From an uncultured Nitrososphaeraceae archaeon (GTDB lineage: Archaea > Thermoproteota > Nitrososphaeria > Nitrososphaerales > Nitrososphaeraceae), in contig CAWGVG010000029.1 in the NCBI GenBank assembly GCA_963825865.1, positions 1 to 64,000 of the forward strand: a stretch of 64,000 nucleotides of DNA, written 5' to 3'. The notes under the pieces are model-generated. The model searched no databases and had not been told where the DNA came from. It was given only the letters and a program-made list of their open reading frames with translations. Numbering within the stretch: the stretch's first letter is position 1; each line of letters opens with the position of its first letter. The position numbers and the translations under genes are program-made. Shown here one piece after another: positions 12,759 to 25,339 of the stretch.

Positions 12759-13787
12759 TGTTGTACTTACAAACATAGGTAACAATATAGCTTACAGACA
12801 TAGGTAACACTTCTGCTAGGAAGTGGATATCTCTATAGAAATTAGAACAAAATTCAATCTCATTCATGAACATGAATGGACTGGTAATAGTATTAGCGAT
12901 ATTTGCAATAAATACGAAATATCTAGGAAGACATATTACAAGTGGAAAAATAGATACATAGAGCACGGAATAGACGGGTTGAAAGACCTATCTAGAAGGC
13001 CTCATAGCATCAAAACCAAAGTATCTAAAGAAATAGAAGAAACAATACTTGATTTAAGATTAAAGACCTTTGGTACTAGTAGAATCAGGTTCAGATTAAA
13101 AAGACTTGGAGTATCATTGAGCAGTAGAACCATATACAAGACATTGAAAAAACATACTCTCAACGTTCTAAACTGTAAGGTAAAGAATAATAGAAAGTAT
13201 AAGCGATTTGCAATGAAACATCCAAATGACATGCTTCAAATGGATATACTTGGACCATTTTACGTACGCTGTTCTAGCACAAGAAATTACATGATAAGCT
13301 GTATAGATGACTGTTCAAGAAAAGTTGCTAGCAAGTGGTCTGAAAGAAAGAGGAGCATTGATGTTTTGAATGTACTAGAGGAGTGGATTATGGATAACGG
13401 AAAGCCCAGGAAAGTTATGCATGACAACGGTAAGCAGTTTACATCTAAACTATTCAAACACTTTCTATATAAGAATAACATAAAGGATAAACCAATTCCA
13501 AATTCATATCCACAGTTACAAGGAAAGATAGAAGCATATAACAAGATTGTAAAGAATGAGTTCTTGACAGTTGAAGAAATAACAAGTATTGATGATGGAA
13601 AACTAAGGTATGATATGTTTGTCAAAGCATATAATGAAACTAGGGAACATGGTGGAATAAATGGTCTTACTCCTTCTGAAAGGTTTGTACAAAGGTTAAT
13701 TAAATCTAAGACATATACAAAAAGGAAGCAAGAAAGTGTAACCTATGTAGGTAATCAAAATTGTTACCCATCTGTGTAAGTACAACA
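12759..13787 (+). mobile_element. IS481-family insertion sequence
   Basis: TIRs TGTTGTACTTACAAACATAGGTAACAA / TGTTGTACTTACACAGATGGGTAACAA with internal second copies; no matching TSD seen. Confidence 0.9.
12823..13779 (+). CDS. IS481-family transposase (HTH + rve integrase core)
   Basis: QMD, IDDCSR, HDNGKQF, GKIE, YNETREH motifs. Confidence 0.92.
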   Translation: MDISIEIRTKFNLIHEHEWTGNSISDICNKYEISRKTYYKWKNRYIEHGIDGLKDLSRRPHSIKTKVSKEIEETILDLRLKTFGTSRIRFRLKRLGVSLSSRTIYKTLKKHTLNVLNCKVKNNRKYKRFAMKHPNDMLQMDILGPFYVRCSSTRNYMISCIDDCSRKVASKWSERKRSIDVLNVLEEWIMDNGKPRKVMHDNGKQFTSKLFKHFLYKNNIKDKPIPNSYPQLQGKIEAYNKIVKNEFLTVEEITSIDDGKLRYDMFVKAYNETREHGGINGLTPSERFVQRLIKSKTYTKRKQESVTYVGNQNCYPSV

Positions 13788-13793
13788 ATTTAA

Positions 13794-14750
13794 TTAAACG
13801 CCTGCAACTTTTCGCATAAAGGCCAGGCCTCGTATAATATCGTTGGTAGAAGAATTATAAGAATTGGAGGAACTAGAATGGCCATTACTTCCTTTATTAT
13901 TGCCATTGTTTGTTGGGTCCAGGAAATTAGGAACGTCAAATCGAAATCCAGCGTAAGGATCCTTGTTTTGCTGTTGTTTCATTACTGAAGAAGCACCATG
14001 TCGCTTAACTCCGCTTTTCTTTAATTTTGTAAGGTATATCTCTGCAATTTCTTGATCGCTAATACCAGACCATTTGTAAACATGTTCTAATTCCTGCTGA
14101 TATCTGTCTTCTCTTACGAATAATTCTCGAGGTATGAGATTATGAAGTGTTGCCATCCGCTCCTGTTTGTCTACTTTGGCTTTATAGCGCTCAACAAACT
14201 TGTTATTCCTATCTCGTTCTGCAAGAAGATCGTCTTTCATAGTTTTTAATTTATTTAACATGCTAAGCGCTTCACCTAATGTCTGCGGTGTTTGCAGATT
14301 GTTAATGTCTAATGATGGCTGTTCTCCTCCTCCTCCTGCTACTACTCCATCTGTTGTTGTTGAAGTCGATGATTGTTGTGATGGCGTAGTTGTCGTTGAT
14401 GTTGATGTTCCTGCTGGTCCTGCTTCTGTTTCTGATGGTGGTCCTGTTCCTGTTGTCGATTCCGATGCTCCAAAATGTGGTCTTAGTATTGCAAGTGCTG
14501 GAGCTTCTTCAGCTTCCTTGATGCACTTATTCTGTTGATCTTGCTGTTGTTCCATTGTGTTTAATGATTTGTTATCATTGACAAAGCTATTATTCTTTGT
14601 ATTTGATTTTCCTACTTCATTCGATGATGAATCAGTAGAATCAGTAGAATCAGTAGAATCAGATTTTAATGCTGTGCAATGTTTGATCAGTTCGTTGAGA
14701 AAGTGCTCTATCGCATTATACGTTTCTTCAAATAATGGATTATAAAACAT
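13794..14750 (-). CDS. Hypothetical low-complexity/coiled-coil protein, probably 5'-truncated by an IS end
   Basis: 318 aa; ATG abuts the IS TIR at 14752; (AATCAGTAG)n repeat at ~14630-14662. Confidence 0.55.
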   Translation of the reverse strand: MFYNPLFEETYNAIEHFLNELIKHCTALKSDSTDSTDSTDSSSNEVGKSNTKNNSFVNDNKSLNTMEQQQDQQNKCIKEAEEAPALAILRPHFGASESTTGTGPPSETEAGPAGTSTSTTTTPSQQSSTSTTTDGVVAGGGGEQPSLDINNLQTPQTLGEALSMLNKLKTMKDDLLAERDRNNKFVERYKAKVDKQERMATLHNLIPRELFVREDRYQQELEHVYKWSGISDQEIAEIYLTKLKKSGVKRHGASSVMKQQQNKDPYAGFRFDVPNFLDPTNNGNNKGSNGHSSSSNSYNSSTNDIIRGLAFMRKVAGV

Positions 14751-14751
14751 T

Positions 14752-15335
14752 AGATCTATTGCGTAATTACGAAAGAAAATCTCTTCATGATGGTCAGTTT
14801 TGCTCTTTTTTTAGAGTGACATCCCACCATTAGTTCGTATTATTCTGCTTGCTACTTTCTATTGTATCTCTTTTCTCCATCTGAGAGTTCACTTTTCCTT
14901 TTCTTTTTAAATGACAGGTACAGACTTTACAGTGGGAAAAATCATTCTTAACGCCTATGTACCCAAGGTCAAGTCGTCTGTATGCTAGTTTGTAAAGGAT
15001 GAAATTTGCAGCATCAGTATGCCTGTCTTTTTTGCTTTTCTGATCGGATGCTACCGATAGCAGTGATTTGATAGAAGAGATAGATAATAAGATCTATGAC
15101 ATTTGCAAGTGTATACAATAATAGACCTCTTGCGTAATTGAAAGCTTAGAGCTTTATTCTCCATTGATCCGTTCATATTAGATACTCAGTTGATGTCTTA
15201 CGCTCGCCTATCAAGAAAGCCGTTGTTATTCAAATCATTTACTGGACTGGCTGTATCAGAATTTGATGTCATTGCCAAGGAAATAGAATTGAAATATGAT
15301 GAGCATGAAAGAAAGCGTCTTTCCAATAGGAATGA
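14752..15335. mobile_element. Two IS5-family remnants (TIRs at 14752 and 15122, transposase fragments)
   Basis: agatctattgcgtaatt and agacctcttgcgtaatt match the TIR at 25872; fragments DLGYIGVKND (-) and SYARLSRKPLLFKSFTGL (+). Confidence 0.8.
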
Positions 15336-15341
15336 TTAAGA

Positions 15342-16794
15342 TCAATTGCCTTTACTACTAATAACACCACTGCTTATCAACGATTCTTTACACTCCATAT
15401 ATCCATCGCGAATTAGCTGTCTGACAGTAGTTGTTGAAAAATCAAATGTCTTATTCGAAATAGTATGGACATCATTCTTCCTCTCCATTCGTATGACAAA
15501 ATCAACATCCACTTGACCCTTTATCAAATCATCGTATGTTATATGTTTACCAGTATCCCACTGAACAGACTTGGCCTTCTCCTGCAAAATCTTTTGCACC
15601 TTTTCCCTGCTCACACCATTCTCTTCAGCTAATTTAACTAATTCTTTTCCAAGTGAAACATAATCGGATATGAGAACTGCAACATTTTCATCAAATTCAG
15701 TTCTATCATGAAACATGATATCGTTTTTTCTGTCGAGAACACCATCATATTCAAAAGGAATTTTATCTAGTTTAAGCGGATGTAGATTCACTACACCTAC
15801 ACGGAGGCGTGGTATATCATGTAATTTTCTTACTCTGTGCCAATAATATCTATGAGCAAAAATAGCCTGTCTTAGTGCTGTATTTGCTAATAGCCCTCCG
15901 TCCCAAAAAGGACGCAAGTCCGCCTGAAATATCTGATCTTGCAATTCTTCTGGAGATGTTGTTTTTGTCATTTTTGTCATTATTGTTGTTCTTTTGTCCT
16001 CGGATGGTAGAGGAGTAGTTTTCTACATTTAACATAGTATAGTCATAATTTACCGGGACTGATGCACTTGCCATTACAAAATCTGCCTTGATACCATCTT
16101 CATATCTTATGAAATGCTCAAATCGTTGTCCTATTCTTCCATATTCAGATTTTCTTGTTCCATCTTCTTTTTCGTAGCTGTCAAAAACGACCGGAAGACC
16201 CTCTTGTACATCTACTGCAACTAACAACAGTCTTGGTTCATTATTTTCAAAACTAGTAGAAAGAGGAAACTTTGCAAACTTTATCAAGCTTTCTTTCAAA
16301 GGTTTGCTGTCATACAGATACCATGTATTTGATGGATTAAAAAATCTGTTATCTGATATTGGTATTTTTGGCCTAAAAACATTTGGAACTCCTTTATAAA
16401 TAAATTCCTTGGTACTAAAATACCTTCTTGCAGACTCTCCTGATGCAATACGACCTTCTAATCTGTGCCAATAGTCCCAGTATTCCTTAAAGTAGGGTAT
16501 GTTTTCGATATATGAATGTGCAGAAAGATATTCCCAAAAGTCGACCAGCTTTTCTGCAGAGCCTTCCCATGTTTTCTTTTCCTTTACATAGCTTACAATA
16601 ATTGCAGCATTGATTGCACCTATTGATGTACCAGCAACAATGTGAAATATTGGCTCACTTTCTTTGCCTAGTTTTCTAAGATATGAGGATAGTTCTTCAA
16701 TAATGGCTTTGTAGGCTCCTGCTTCATATGCACCAAGTGAACCTCCACCCTGGAGTATCAAGGCCCTGTGTATATCGCCTATCTTTTTATCCAC
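15342..16794 (-). CDS. Patatin-like phospholipase, frameshifted near 15950
   Basis: GGGSLG, GTSIG and DGG motifs split over two ORFs. Confidence 0.85.
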
Positions 16795-16859
16795 GGTATT
16801 ATTTCCTCATCATCATAGTTTTAACCTGAACCTGTACTTATAATATTCATTTGCTTTTG

Positions 16860-17005
16860 CATTGGGAACGAGTGACTTCAACCTTTGTTCCAAGTCCAGA
16901 CTCTGGGACATAATTCATTATACCTGCACCTACGTTCATTTTTGAACGACCTCTGTCCTTGACATCATAAAATGTCATACCGCCCACATTATTTTGTACA
17001 AACAA
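16860..17005 (-). pseudogene. P-II nitrogen regulator fragment
   Basis: Manual translation NVGGMTFYDVKDRGRSK..GAGIMNYVPESGLGTKVEV. Confidence 0.65.
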
Positions 17006-17489
17006 ATAGTTTTATCTGTTATAACTGCAGCCGAAGTTATTGCTAACAAAATAATAATAATAATTTAAGTTTATAGAAATTCCTTGAAATGTGCTCAAGA
17101 CTTTGCCCGTCTTCAAATCTGATCCAGAAGCAGCAGTACCAAGATGACAAGGATGAGATGTTGGATATAATGAAACGAAATGTGGGGCTGCTTACGAAAG
17201 GTGAAAGTAGGCATATTCGTCTAAATGAGATCCGAGGAAAATTCCTTAGAAAACCACAAGGTGCACCAGTAGAAATTGCAGCTAACGGACGCGAGGATTG
17301 GATAGGTTGGTTCGAGCTCAAGCGAGAAACCATCAAGGAGGTAGCCATTGAAAACACTGCGCGCGTGATTCGTGAAGTCAAAGAACGATGTCTTTTGTGT
17401 CATAAGAAGTAGAAGGCCGCATTACCGTAAATCGATTTAACGATGTAGTGATTCCAAAGGTTGGCAGCCAAAAGTACTATCACGTTATG

Positions 17490-17790
17490 CTTATAGACGG
17501 TAACAATTTAGGTAATTACACACAAGCAATACAGTACAATAACAAAGCTTTAGCTATAGATCCTGAAAAATGTTAATGCATTAGATAACAAAGGTAATGC
17601 TCTTGCAAAGTTAGTTGCAGATAAATCCTAATAAATCTATTACATGGGATAATAAGGCTGACTCACTTACTCGATTGGAGAGATATGGACAGGCTATTGA
17701 ATGCTATGATAAAGAGTTGGCAATATATCCAAACAATGATGGATTCATGATCCTCCATTTACTAGTTGGCAATAAAGGGATGATGGTTTA
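17490..17790 (+). pseudogene. TPR-repeat protein remnant
   Basis: LGNYTQAIQYNNKALAIDP, WDNKADSLTRLGEY..AIECYDKELAIYPN. Confidence 0.7.
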
Positions 17791-17912
17791 GCATATGTTC
17801 TTATGGTACTATAGTAATCACACACAGTAGTGGTGGTATATGAATATTACATTAAAATTCGTCGTTATTGCAGCATCATCTTTGGTTGCAGCATCGTTGG
17901 TGAGTTCATTGA

Positions 17913-18431
17913 TTGGGATTTTCGCAAGATAAACATAGCAAGCGTAAAAACTTGGTTTTGCAAAGAATGTACAAAAATACAATATTGATCACCACGACAT
18001 TAGGATTTCTCATTATTTGCCTTCCATATGTTCAAGGACAAGCACAACAAAAACAAAACTATAAAAGTATTACAATATTTACAGGACCAATACATCTAGG
18101 TAACGGCCATACCTATTGGATAAACTTCCGTATTCCTCAGAACAGTACAGACTCATATTTGAAAGGCTATGTTCGCGCATCTGGAAGCATACTTAATACT
18201 GTGACTGTGAAATTATATGATGCAGGCAAATGTCCTTCTTCTCCTGATTCTAAAGGCAATGTTGATTTTAGTAAATGCAGTTTCCCTTTGTTATCTGGCG
18301 AATATTTGCAAGCACAAGAAATTCTAAAATATATTAATCATCCTGGGAACTTCTATCTTGTTTTGAAAAACAATTCACCCTTTTTTGACAAAACCATATC
18401 GGGAAATCTAATCTTAAAGTACTTGGAATAG
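17913..18431 (+). CDS. Secreted hypothetical protein (likely start MYKN)
   Basis: Signal-peptide-like segment followed by a beta-rich domain. Confidence 0.65.
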   Translation: MGFSQDKHSKRKNLVLQRMYKNTILITTTLGFLIICLPYVQGQAQQKQNYKSITIFTGPIHLGNGHTYWINFRIPQNSTDSYLKGYVRASGSILNTVTVKLYDAGKCPSSPDSKGNVDFSKCSFPLLSGEYLQAQEILKYINHPGNFYLVLKNNSPFFDKTISGNLILKYLE

Positions 18432-18582
18432 CCCAGAAAATGCTTCTATCCTAGTTCTTGTACCCTGTGATTGTGCTGATTGTTGTGCTATGAGAAAGAT
18501 AATAGAAATATCACCGCAGTTATATCTCTATTAGTCAAGCTTTATCGTTTGATGATTGAAGTCAAGCTAGCCTCTAGCTACG

Positions 18583-18762
18583 TCGTGGAATTGCTGGTAG
18601 TTCTGTGTTAGTCAACTATGCGGTTTGGGAGTCTACTGAGCTGTATAAGAGGGCATTTAAGAACCACGAGTTCCAGCCACGTCTTGAGAAATATCCACCC
18701 AGCACAGTCGCATCTCCACACTTATTCAAGAAAGTTACAGTGCCTGGGATTTGTGTGGCCTT
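18583..18762 (+). pseudogene. Antibiotic biosynthesis monooxygenase C-terminal fragment
   Basis: RGIAGSSVLVNYAVWES...ASPHLFKKVTVPGIC. Confidence 0.7.
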
Positions 18763-18801
18763 ATTTGAAATTCCAGTATTAATTGTCCTCCTGCAAGACT
18801 A

Positions 18802-19386
18802 TTATAACAAGCTTTCTTCAGTTGCTTCTGAACTGAATCTTCGCCTGCCTGCTATCCCAAAGCCTATCATCTCTATTCCGTTAATTATAAGAGCTATTGA
18901 TATCATAAAGGCCAAAAGAGGAATGCCAATACCAACAGGATGTGCTAACACTATGAGAGATATAACAATGCTTAATATTCCCACGAAAATAAGGGCGGCT
19001 CTTGACCAACCTGCGTTGTTGCTATCTACAAACCCATGCATTAACCTTGCAATACCACCAAACAATAAAGCGATTGCTCCCAATATTATCAAAAACGCTG
19101 CAGAGTGTAGTGGATATGCCATAGCTACAGAAGATAGTATTATTATTAGTACTCCTAGTCCAATATTTACAATGCTAGATGATATTTTAGTGGATGCTGC
19201 GGATATTCCGCTTGCAATTCTTTCAATTCCAACTATGAAGAGAACTATTGAAACCAATACAATAACTGTCGCAATAGCAGATGCTGGAGATGCTAATACG
19301 GCTACTGAGAGCGCAATTGAAATTACCCCCAAAACAACTTGTAGAACTCTGAGCCATAGTGGAGATTTATCTTGTGATGCTAGCAA
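18802..19386 (-). CDS. HdeD/DUF308 membrane protein
   Basis: Six hydrophobic segments with repeated G-I-x-x-I pattern. Confidence 0.8.
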   Translation of the reverse strand: MLASQDKSPLWLRVLQVVLGVISIALSVAVLASPASAIATVIVLVSIVLFIVGIERIASGISAASTKISSSIVNIGLGVLIIILSSVAMAYPLHSAAFLIILGAIALLFGGIARLMHGFVDSNNAGWSRAALIFVGILSIVISLIVLAHPVGIGIPLLAFMISIALIINGIEMIGFGIAGRRRFSSEATEESLL

Positions 19387-19792
19387 TGATTGGTTATTCT
19401 AGAGATTTGTATAAAAGAATTTACCATAATGTTTTAATTTAGCCTATAATAAAACAAAGATAATTTCCTGTCTGGGTACCTCATAGTTTTGTTTATTCTT
19501 AAACTTTTATTTCCAAATAATAATCTGATAAGTATTATTCCATGTACTGGCTTTGATATTAAATACACCTGATTGCTGTGCCACTTAAGGACAAGTTAAG
19601 ACCACCAGACTCAGAAATTAGGACAAAACTATACTGGAAATGGTGATTTAAACAAAGCTCGGATAACAAATCCTTTAGATTATCGTCTAGTTTGTTTATA
19701 GTAAAGCCTATAGTTCCTCCCAGCGAAATACTTCGGGTCATTCAATCCAATACCCCATATACAAATATACACTATGCAATTATTATCATTAA

Positions 19793-20224
19793 GTGGCTAC
19801 ATCAAAACAAGTCTTAATATTAGGAGCAGGTTTTGGAGGATTGGCATCAGCCAACTTATTACGAAACAGTCTTTCACAGGAAGAATGTCAAGTTACTGTC
19901 GTTGATAAAAACCAGTATTTTATGATGGGACTTGTGAATTTATGGATACTGAGTGGAAGTAGAAAATTGGAGGATTCCCAAGTTGCTTTGAATAAGCTAG
20001 AAGATAAAGGAATTAAATTTTTAAATGATGAAATAATAAGTATAGATCCTCCTAAAAATAGCGTTACTACTAAAACCAATCATAATAAATTAGAATACGA
20101 CTACTTGATAATAGCATTAGGTGCAGAACTTGCTCCAAAACTAATCAATGGTTTTCAAGATAATGATGAAAGTTGTTTTAACACTACAGGCGTTCCAATT
20201 GATTCAACCATTGCACTGCTCTAA
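19793..20224 (+). pseudogene. Sulfide:quinone oxidoreductase-like FAD protein, N-terminal fragment
   Basis: LILGAGFGGL, YDYLIIALGA; truncated. Confidence 0.75.
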
Positions 20225-20999
20225 TCTCCTTTCTGTTGTTGCTCTTTATAAACACCCTGCTGCCTCTTTGTTTCTTCTGCTATCATCTGTTTCCACCTGT
20301 TACCTCATTTTGATTATGATGTTATGTTGCCTGGCATCATGCATTCAATGCATCAAAATGTCAATATTAACATTGAATCAAACAGCTTGAAGCAAGTTGA
20401 TTGTTTTGACCAGGCTTTTCCTATTTTTTAGGAGACTTTTGCTGTTAAAACGATTACGTACGTAGTATTTATTCTCACAAATGAACAATTCAGAGGTCAT
20501 TATTTCAGTGTTTTAATGTATATGTTCAAAGCTTATTGAATACTGGTTACATGTAACACCTGGCCATGAGAGGATCTCGTGTTTTATATTTTCGGTTATT
20601 ACTGTATCCATGGCCCCTTTTTCCTCTAGTAATTGGTTTTGGCATTTTGGAGGAGCACTCAACCTTAATACTATTGCCAACGCTATGGATATTATAGACA
20701 ATATCAATCTAGTTTTTGGCGTTGACTATGTTATAGTAAAGCTATTAGTATTGTAATTTGTAATACCGACATTTAAAGTGAAAGTAAATTAAAAAGATAG
20801 TGGTGCTTTGCCGCATTCATTTAATTAGCAGAAAGGGCGTCTACCTTTTTTTGGATGTTGTATTATTATTTCTATTTCTACTTCTAGTAAGAGAAACGTG
20901 TTGTGGTATCTCTTGATGCTTCTCCAAATGCTTTTGCTGCATTAACACTAACATACACCCCGCTTATTTACCAGATACAACATATGATTATCATCTAAT

Positions 21000-21796
21000 C
21001 GCAGAATTACCTACAAAACCAAGACAAACTGGAATAATAGAAATAAGGGGTCCTTATTATACTGCTGTTACTGTCAATTATCTTAAAGATTTATTGGATA
21101 TGTGGGGAGATTATATCGATGGTTTCAAGTTTGCTGGTGGTTCTCAAAGATTACTAACTATAGATATATTGAAAAAGATAATAGGCATTTGCCACAAGCA
21201 TGATGTTTACGTATCGACTGGAGGCTTTGTAGAAAGAGTAATAGTACAAGGATCTGAGGCAGTTGACAGATACTTAGAGGAATGCAAATCATTGGGTTTT
21301 GATATAGTTGAAGTCTCTGGTCTTGCACCAATTCCACTAAAAGATAAAGTGGAAATTGTTAAACAAGTAAAGAAAATGGGCATGAAACCTAAACCTGAAA
21401 TATCAATGATGTACGGAGCTGGAGCAGGTACACATATTGCTGGATATCAGACAAAGCTAAAGATATTAGAAGATCTCAGATGAAATTGACCTGTATCAAA
21501 CTGCAGGTGCTGAAATTATGATGCTAGAATCTGAAGGTATAACGGAAGATTTACCTGCGGAAGAATGGAGGACAGATATTATTAATGAACTGAATAAGAA
21601 ATTTGGTTTTAGTTGTTTTATGTTTGAAGCGTCAGATCCACCTGTGTTTAAGTGGTATCTTAAGCAATTTGGACCTAGTGTTAATTTGTTTATAGATCAT
21701 TCTCAAATAGTGGAATTTACTTCATGGCGAACAAAGTTATGGGGAGACGATGATATTTGGAAGGACAAACCTCTTTTCTACAAAATGAAAGCGTAA
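21000..21796 (+). pseudogene. comA: Phosphosulfolactate synthase (ComA family), 5'-truncated and frameshifted
   Basis: KPRQTGIIEIRGPYY, IDGFKFAGGS, STGGFVE, MLESEGITE, VNLFIDH. Confidence 0.8.
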
Positions 21797-22302
21797 ACTG
21801 ATGATAACCGGTAAGCGATAATAGTAGCCAATGCTTGCTGGTCAATCAAACAAGGGTATATGTTTTCCCGACTTTTATTTTCTATACATGAGAAATCAAA
21901 ATTAACAATAGAGATTGTAAAATGAATCCGTAGTAACGTCCTTCTTTTTTTGCTATCGCAAACCTGACTTCAAAAAGAAGAGTTAAGAAACTATATTCTC
22001 CAAATTCAGACCTTCTGTTGTTAGTCGTCTCTTGGTAGAAAGAACGAGGCGCGCATGCATCATGGCAATGAAGTAAGAATTGGTAAAATTTCGCATAAAT
22101 CTGGTCACCCATATAATCTGCTAAAGAAATACTTGAAAATACTGCTACAGAATAATAATAATAGGGCTAGGCCTACCTAGGCCAAAGAAGCCTTGAATGA
22201 CAAAGGCGTAGTTTTCGCGCCTTTTGATTTAATAGCGTTTGCTTATTTTGAAATAAACTTATCAATCTCCATGTAATTATATAGAATAACTAGAATCATA
22301 AT

Positions 22303-22503
22303 ATGGCCAAATATATTCCAAACAGCCAAGTTGTCATACAAGAAAGAAGAGAGAAAATCTGGGCACTTTTAACAAGAGGTAATATAAAGAGCTATGAAAT
22401 AGCAAAGCAGCTCAATGTATCGCCGCCAACTATAACAAGGGATATTAAATTTCTAACCGCAGAGTCTCAAAACTACCTGATTGAAGACCCACGCAACCAA
22501 TAG
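22303..22503 (+). pseudogene. HTH protein, truncated paralog of 26924-27388
   Basis: Shares LNVSPPTITRDIKFLTAESQNYL, then diverges. Confidence 0.8.
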
Positions 22504-22902
22504 CGGAACTTGAGCAACTAGTAAAAAGCGTTGAAAATTGTGAGGGTCAAGACTACGCAGACTTTGTGAAAGCTCATAGTGCGTCAATCGTGAGAGCAGT
22601 TCAAGCTCAAAATGCATCAGAAAGACGACAAAACGGTGAATCGAATTTTATGAAGCATTACAAACTTGTAAACAAAATTGGCAGTGGGGTTGATATCGAT
22701 TAAATGTCAGCAAAAGGAATGCGTAAAGCAAAATATCAATCGCCTCCAAGCACTTTAGGTTCAGGCGGAGATAACAATACAAATATTCAGTCTGACAGAA
22801 AAAAACAGGTAAACACACCACCAAAGAAAAAAGCTGGTAGTAAGAAGTAAGAAGTGAGTAGTAAACAAGCAATGGTGTTTTAGTGATGATGATTATAATA
22901 TT

Positions 22903-23226
22903 ATGAAAGTCTATACCGTCCTTCATTATCCTTTCATATACGGTCAAGATACAGCAGCAGAAGCAGATTTCAAGGATTTGACTACACGTGACAATCCAGA
23001 GACTATAGGGATATTCAGCACATTGCAGAAGGCAAGGCGATGTTTTCAAAAAGAGATTATGGACCTTGCTGAAGATACCGATGTAGATTATGCAAAGAAA
23101 CAGCAAGAAGAAAACTATTCTATAGAAGAATTCGAATTAGACAATCCCAATAAGAAAGGTGTTTTAGTCGAGGATAAAGGTGGAGTAATTTTTACTACCA
23201 ATAGCAGAGGGGAGAGGGTCAAATAA
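22903..23226 (+). CDS. Hypothetical protein
   Basis: 107-aa ORF followed closely by 23231-23467. Confidence 0.55.
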   Translation: MKVYTVLHYPFIYGQDTAAEADFKDLTTRDNPETIGIFSTLQKARRCFQKEIMDLAEDTDVDYAKKQQEENYSIEEFELDNPNKKGVLVEDKGGVIFTTNSRGERVK

Positions 23227-23230
23227 ATAA

Positions 23231-23467
23231 ATGAAGAAAAGAACTTCTTATGTCCTTTCCAAACCTACCATTGAAAAAGCTGATGCAGTATTGAAACAAA
23301 TGCGCATAGAGCAAGCTCGGTTAAACCTTTCAAAATCAAATAAAAAACTTGGTGTTGTTGTACCAAAATCTTTAGATGTATCTACATCGACGGAAACAAC
23401 TTCATCAACACGAATATCAGATAATAATACTAGGGCTAAGTCTAAGTCTAAGTCTAAAAAGTCTTGA
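23231..23467 (+). CDS. Small basic protein; decayed paralogs end at 22197 and 25768
   Basis: Shared RISDNNTRA..SKKS* DNA. Confidence 0.6.
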   Translation: MKKRTSYVLSKPTIEKADAVLKQMRIEQARLNLSKSNKKLGVVVPKSLDVSTSTETTSSTRISDNNTRAKSKSKSKKS

Positions 23468-23677
23468 ATGACAAAGGCAGGACATATCCATGCCTCTCTC
23501 AGGTCACGCTACTATGCGCATACTTTAGATTTTTGGTTTTTAGGCCTTCATATTATCCTGAGAGAAAGAATTGGTTTTAGACTCAGTTACAATAGTGTTT
23601 AATTACATAAAACAATGAAAGAAAGAAAAAAACTGAAACGTAGTTGCTTGTACTTGTATACTACTACAATGAACTAC

Positions 23678-25339
23678 TCATCCCATGCGTTGTAAGGGCG
23701 GATACTGCCATGTCCCATTAAGAACCTGTGGTTGTGGCATATACATGCGCAGAACAACCTTCAATGTATTTGATACAGAAGGAGCAGGAGCGGGTAGCCA
23801 ATTAGATTCTTTATCTTTTCCTGGATTGGCATTCTGTACATAGATATCAAGTGAGCCATCTGTATTGTTCTTTAATCCTTCAGTATACTGTCCTATATTG
23901 TAACGATTTATTGGATTGTCTGCAAACAGCGACTTGTTGTTATACATTGTAATAGACCAGAATGCTTTTACCGGTGGAGCTTGTCCTGGAGCAAAGTGAA
24001 TTGTATAGTTGTTAGCACCAGAGAGAGGTTTTCCTTCACTATCTGTAAATGTAGCAGGATAGAGCGCTTCTTGTGCTATATTGGCACCTAATCCAAACTG
24101 GGTAACTGCAGCACGGAAAAGATAGTCAGTTCCAAAGACACCAACAGCGGCGTTTACAAGCCACCCATTCACATTTGTTCCAAGGTTTGCCACTTTTGCA
24201 TCTATCAGCTTTTGACCTTCAGTTATACCAGTCTGTAGTGCTGCTTTTATTGTATCGTTAGCTTCAGTTGATGGTGTCTTGCCAGGCCCAATACCTATAG
24301 ATGCAAGCTTAGTCACTAGTCCAGGATCTGGTGGGTTTAGTGGGTTGCCAATCATTGCTGCACCCATTTCGTCATATATTTTAATACCTGTAGGAGCTAT
24401 GAGTGTAGGTTTGGGTGCGATTGGAACTTGCTTTGAAGAAGAAGCATTTGTCGATGATGTTGCTGTCCTGATGGCTGTGTTGTTGTTGTTGGTGTAGCAG
24501 CAGCCTTTCCTTGAAATTCAGATAGTGGTTTCACGACTATCTTGTCTTGGATTGCAAGCACATTAGGTATGTCTGCAGGTCCTTTCACCAATATCCTTTG
24601 GATAAGCCATGCAAGATTCGTTGGAGACCATATGTTTGTTATTCCTTGAGGAACCTGTCCATTCCAGTCTGGTCCAGCAAGAAGGTAGGTACCATCATTA
24701 GAATCCTGTAGTACGTGTCCCAAGGTAAGCAAAATCATTTGTATATGCATCCAAGAATTGAAATGTATTGTATCTATCAGCGGCAATTGGAGGTACAACA
24801 ACAACTACTGGTTCTTTTTTGAGATCAAACTGCGTTTGACAGTATAAGGTATCAGAATTTGGAGTGACAATATCTGTAAAACTGGCATTCGCAAGCTCAT
24901 GAGCGCAGTTTAGGGTATTGACAGGACCTCGTCCAGGTGCAGGAGGAACATTTGGACTGCTCACAAAATTGAATTGTCTTTTCATTGTAACAAGCGGAAA
25001 TCCCCATATGTAAGCAAGAGTAGCTATATCCTGTGATTTATTTGAGGTAGAAAGTTGTGCCATCTTTATATCCAATTGATTAGTTGGAATTTTTAACGTA
25101 GTAATTAGACTACTCAGAAGTTCCAAATTAGGTTGTCCTGGATCTTGTAGCCCGGATGTATTATTGTTAGTGGCAGTAGCGGCAATTGGAGGAGCAGCAC
25201 CTGTCGATTGCGCAGATGCTAGTTGAGTAGTAGTAGTAGTTTTGCTTAATGATGATAACGATATTGATGGAACTATCGTGAGGCTAACAGTAACCGTCAA
25301 TAAAAACAGAAAGTATAGGTTCTTGTTAAAAGAAATCAT
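23678..25339 (-). CDS. Secreted DUF1254/DUF1214 protein, two frameshifts
   Basis: AYIWGFPLV, TPNSDTLY, AFWSITMY, DGSLDIYVQ, NWLPAP. Confidence 0.85.

Noticed and set aside
18605-19402. 265-aa plus-strand ORF as a real gene
   Set aside because: Only the first ~50 codons are an ABM fragment; the rest is the antisense shadow of the HdeD gene
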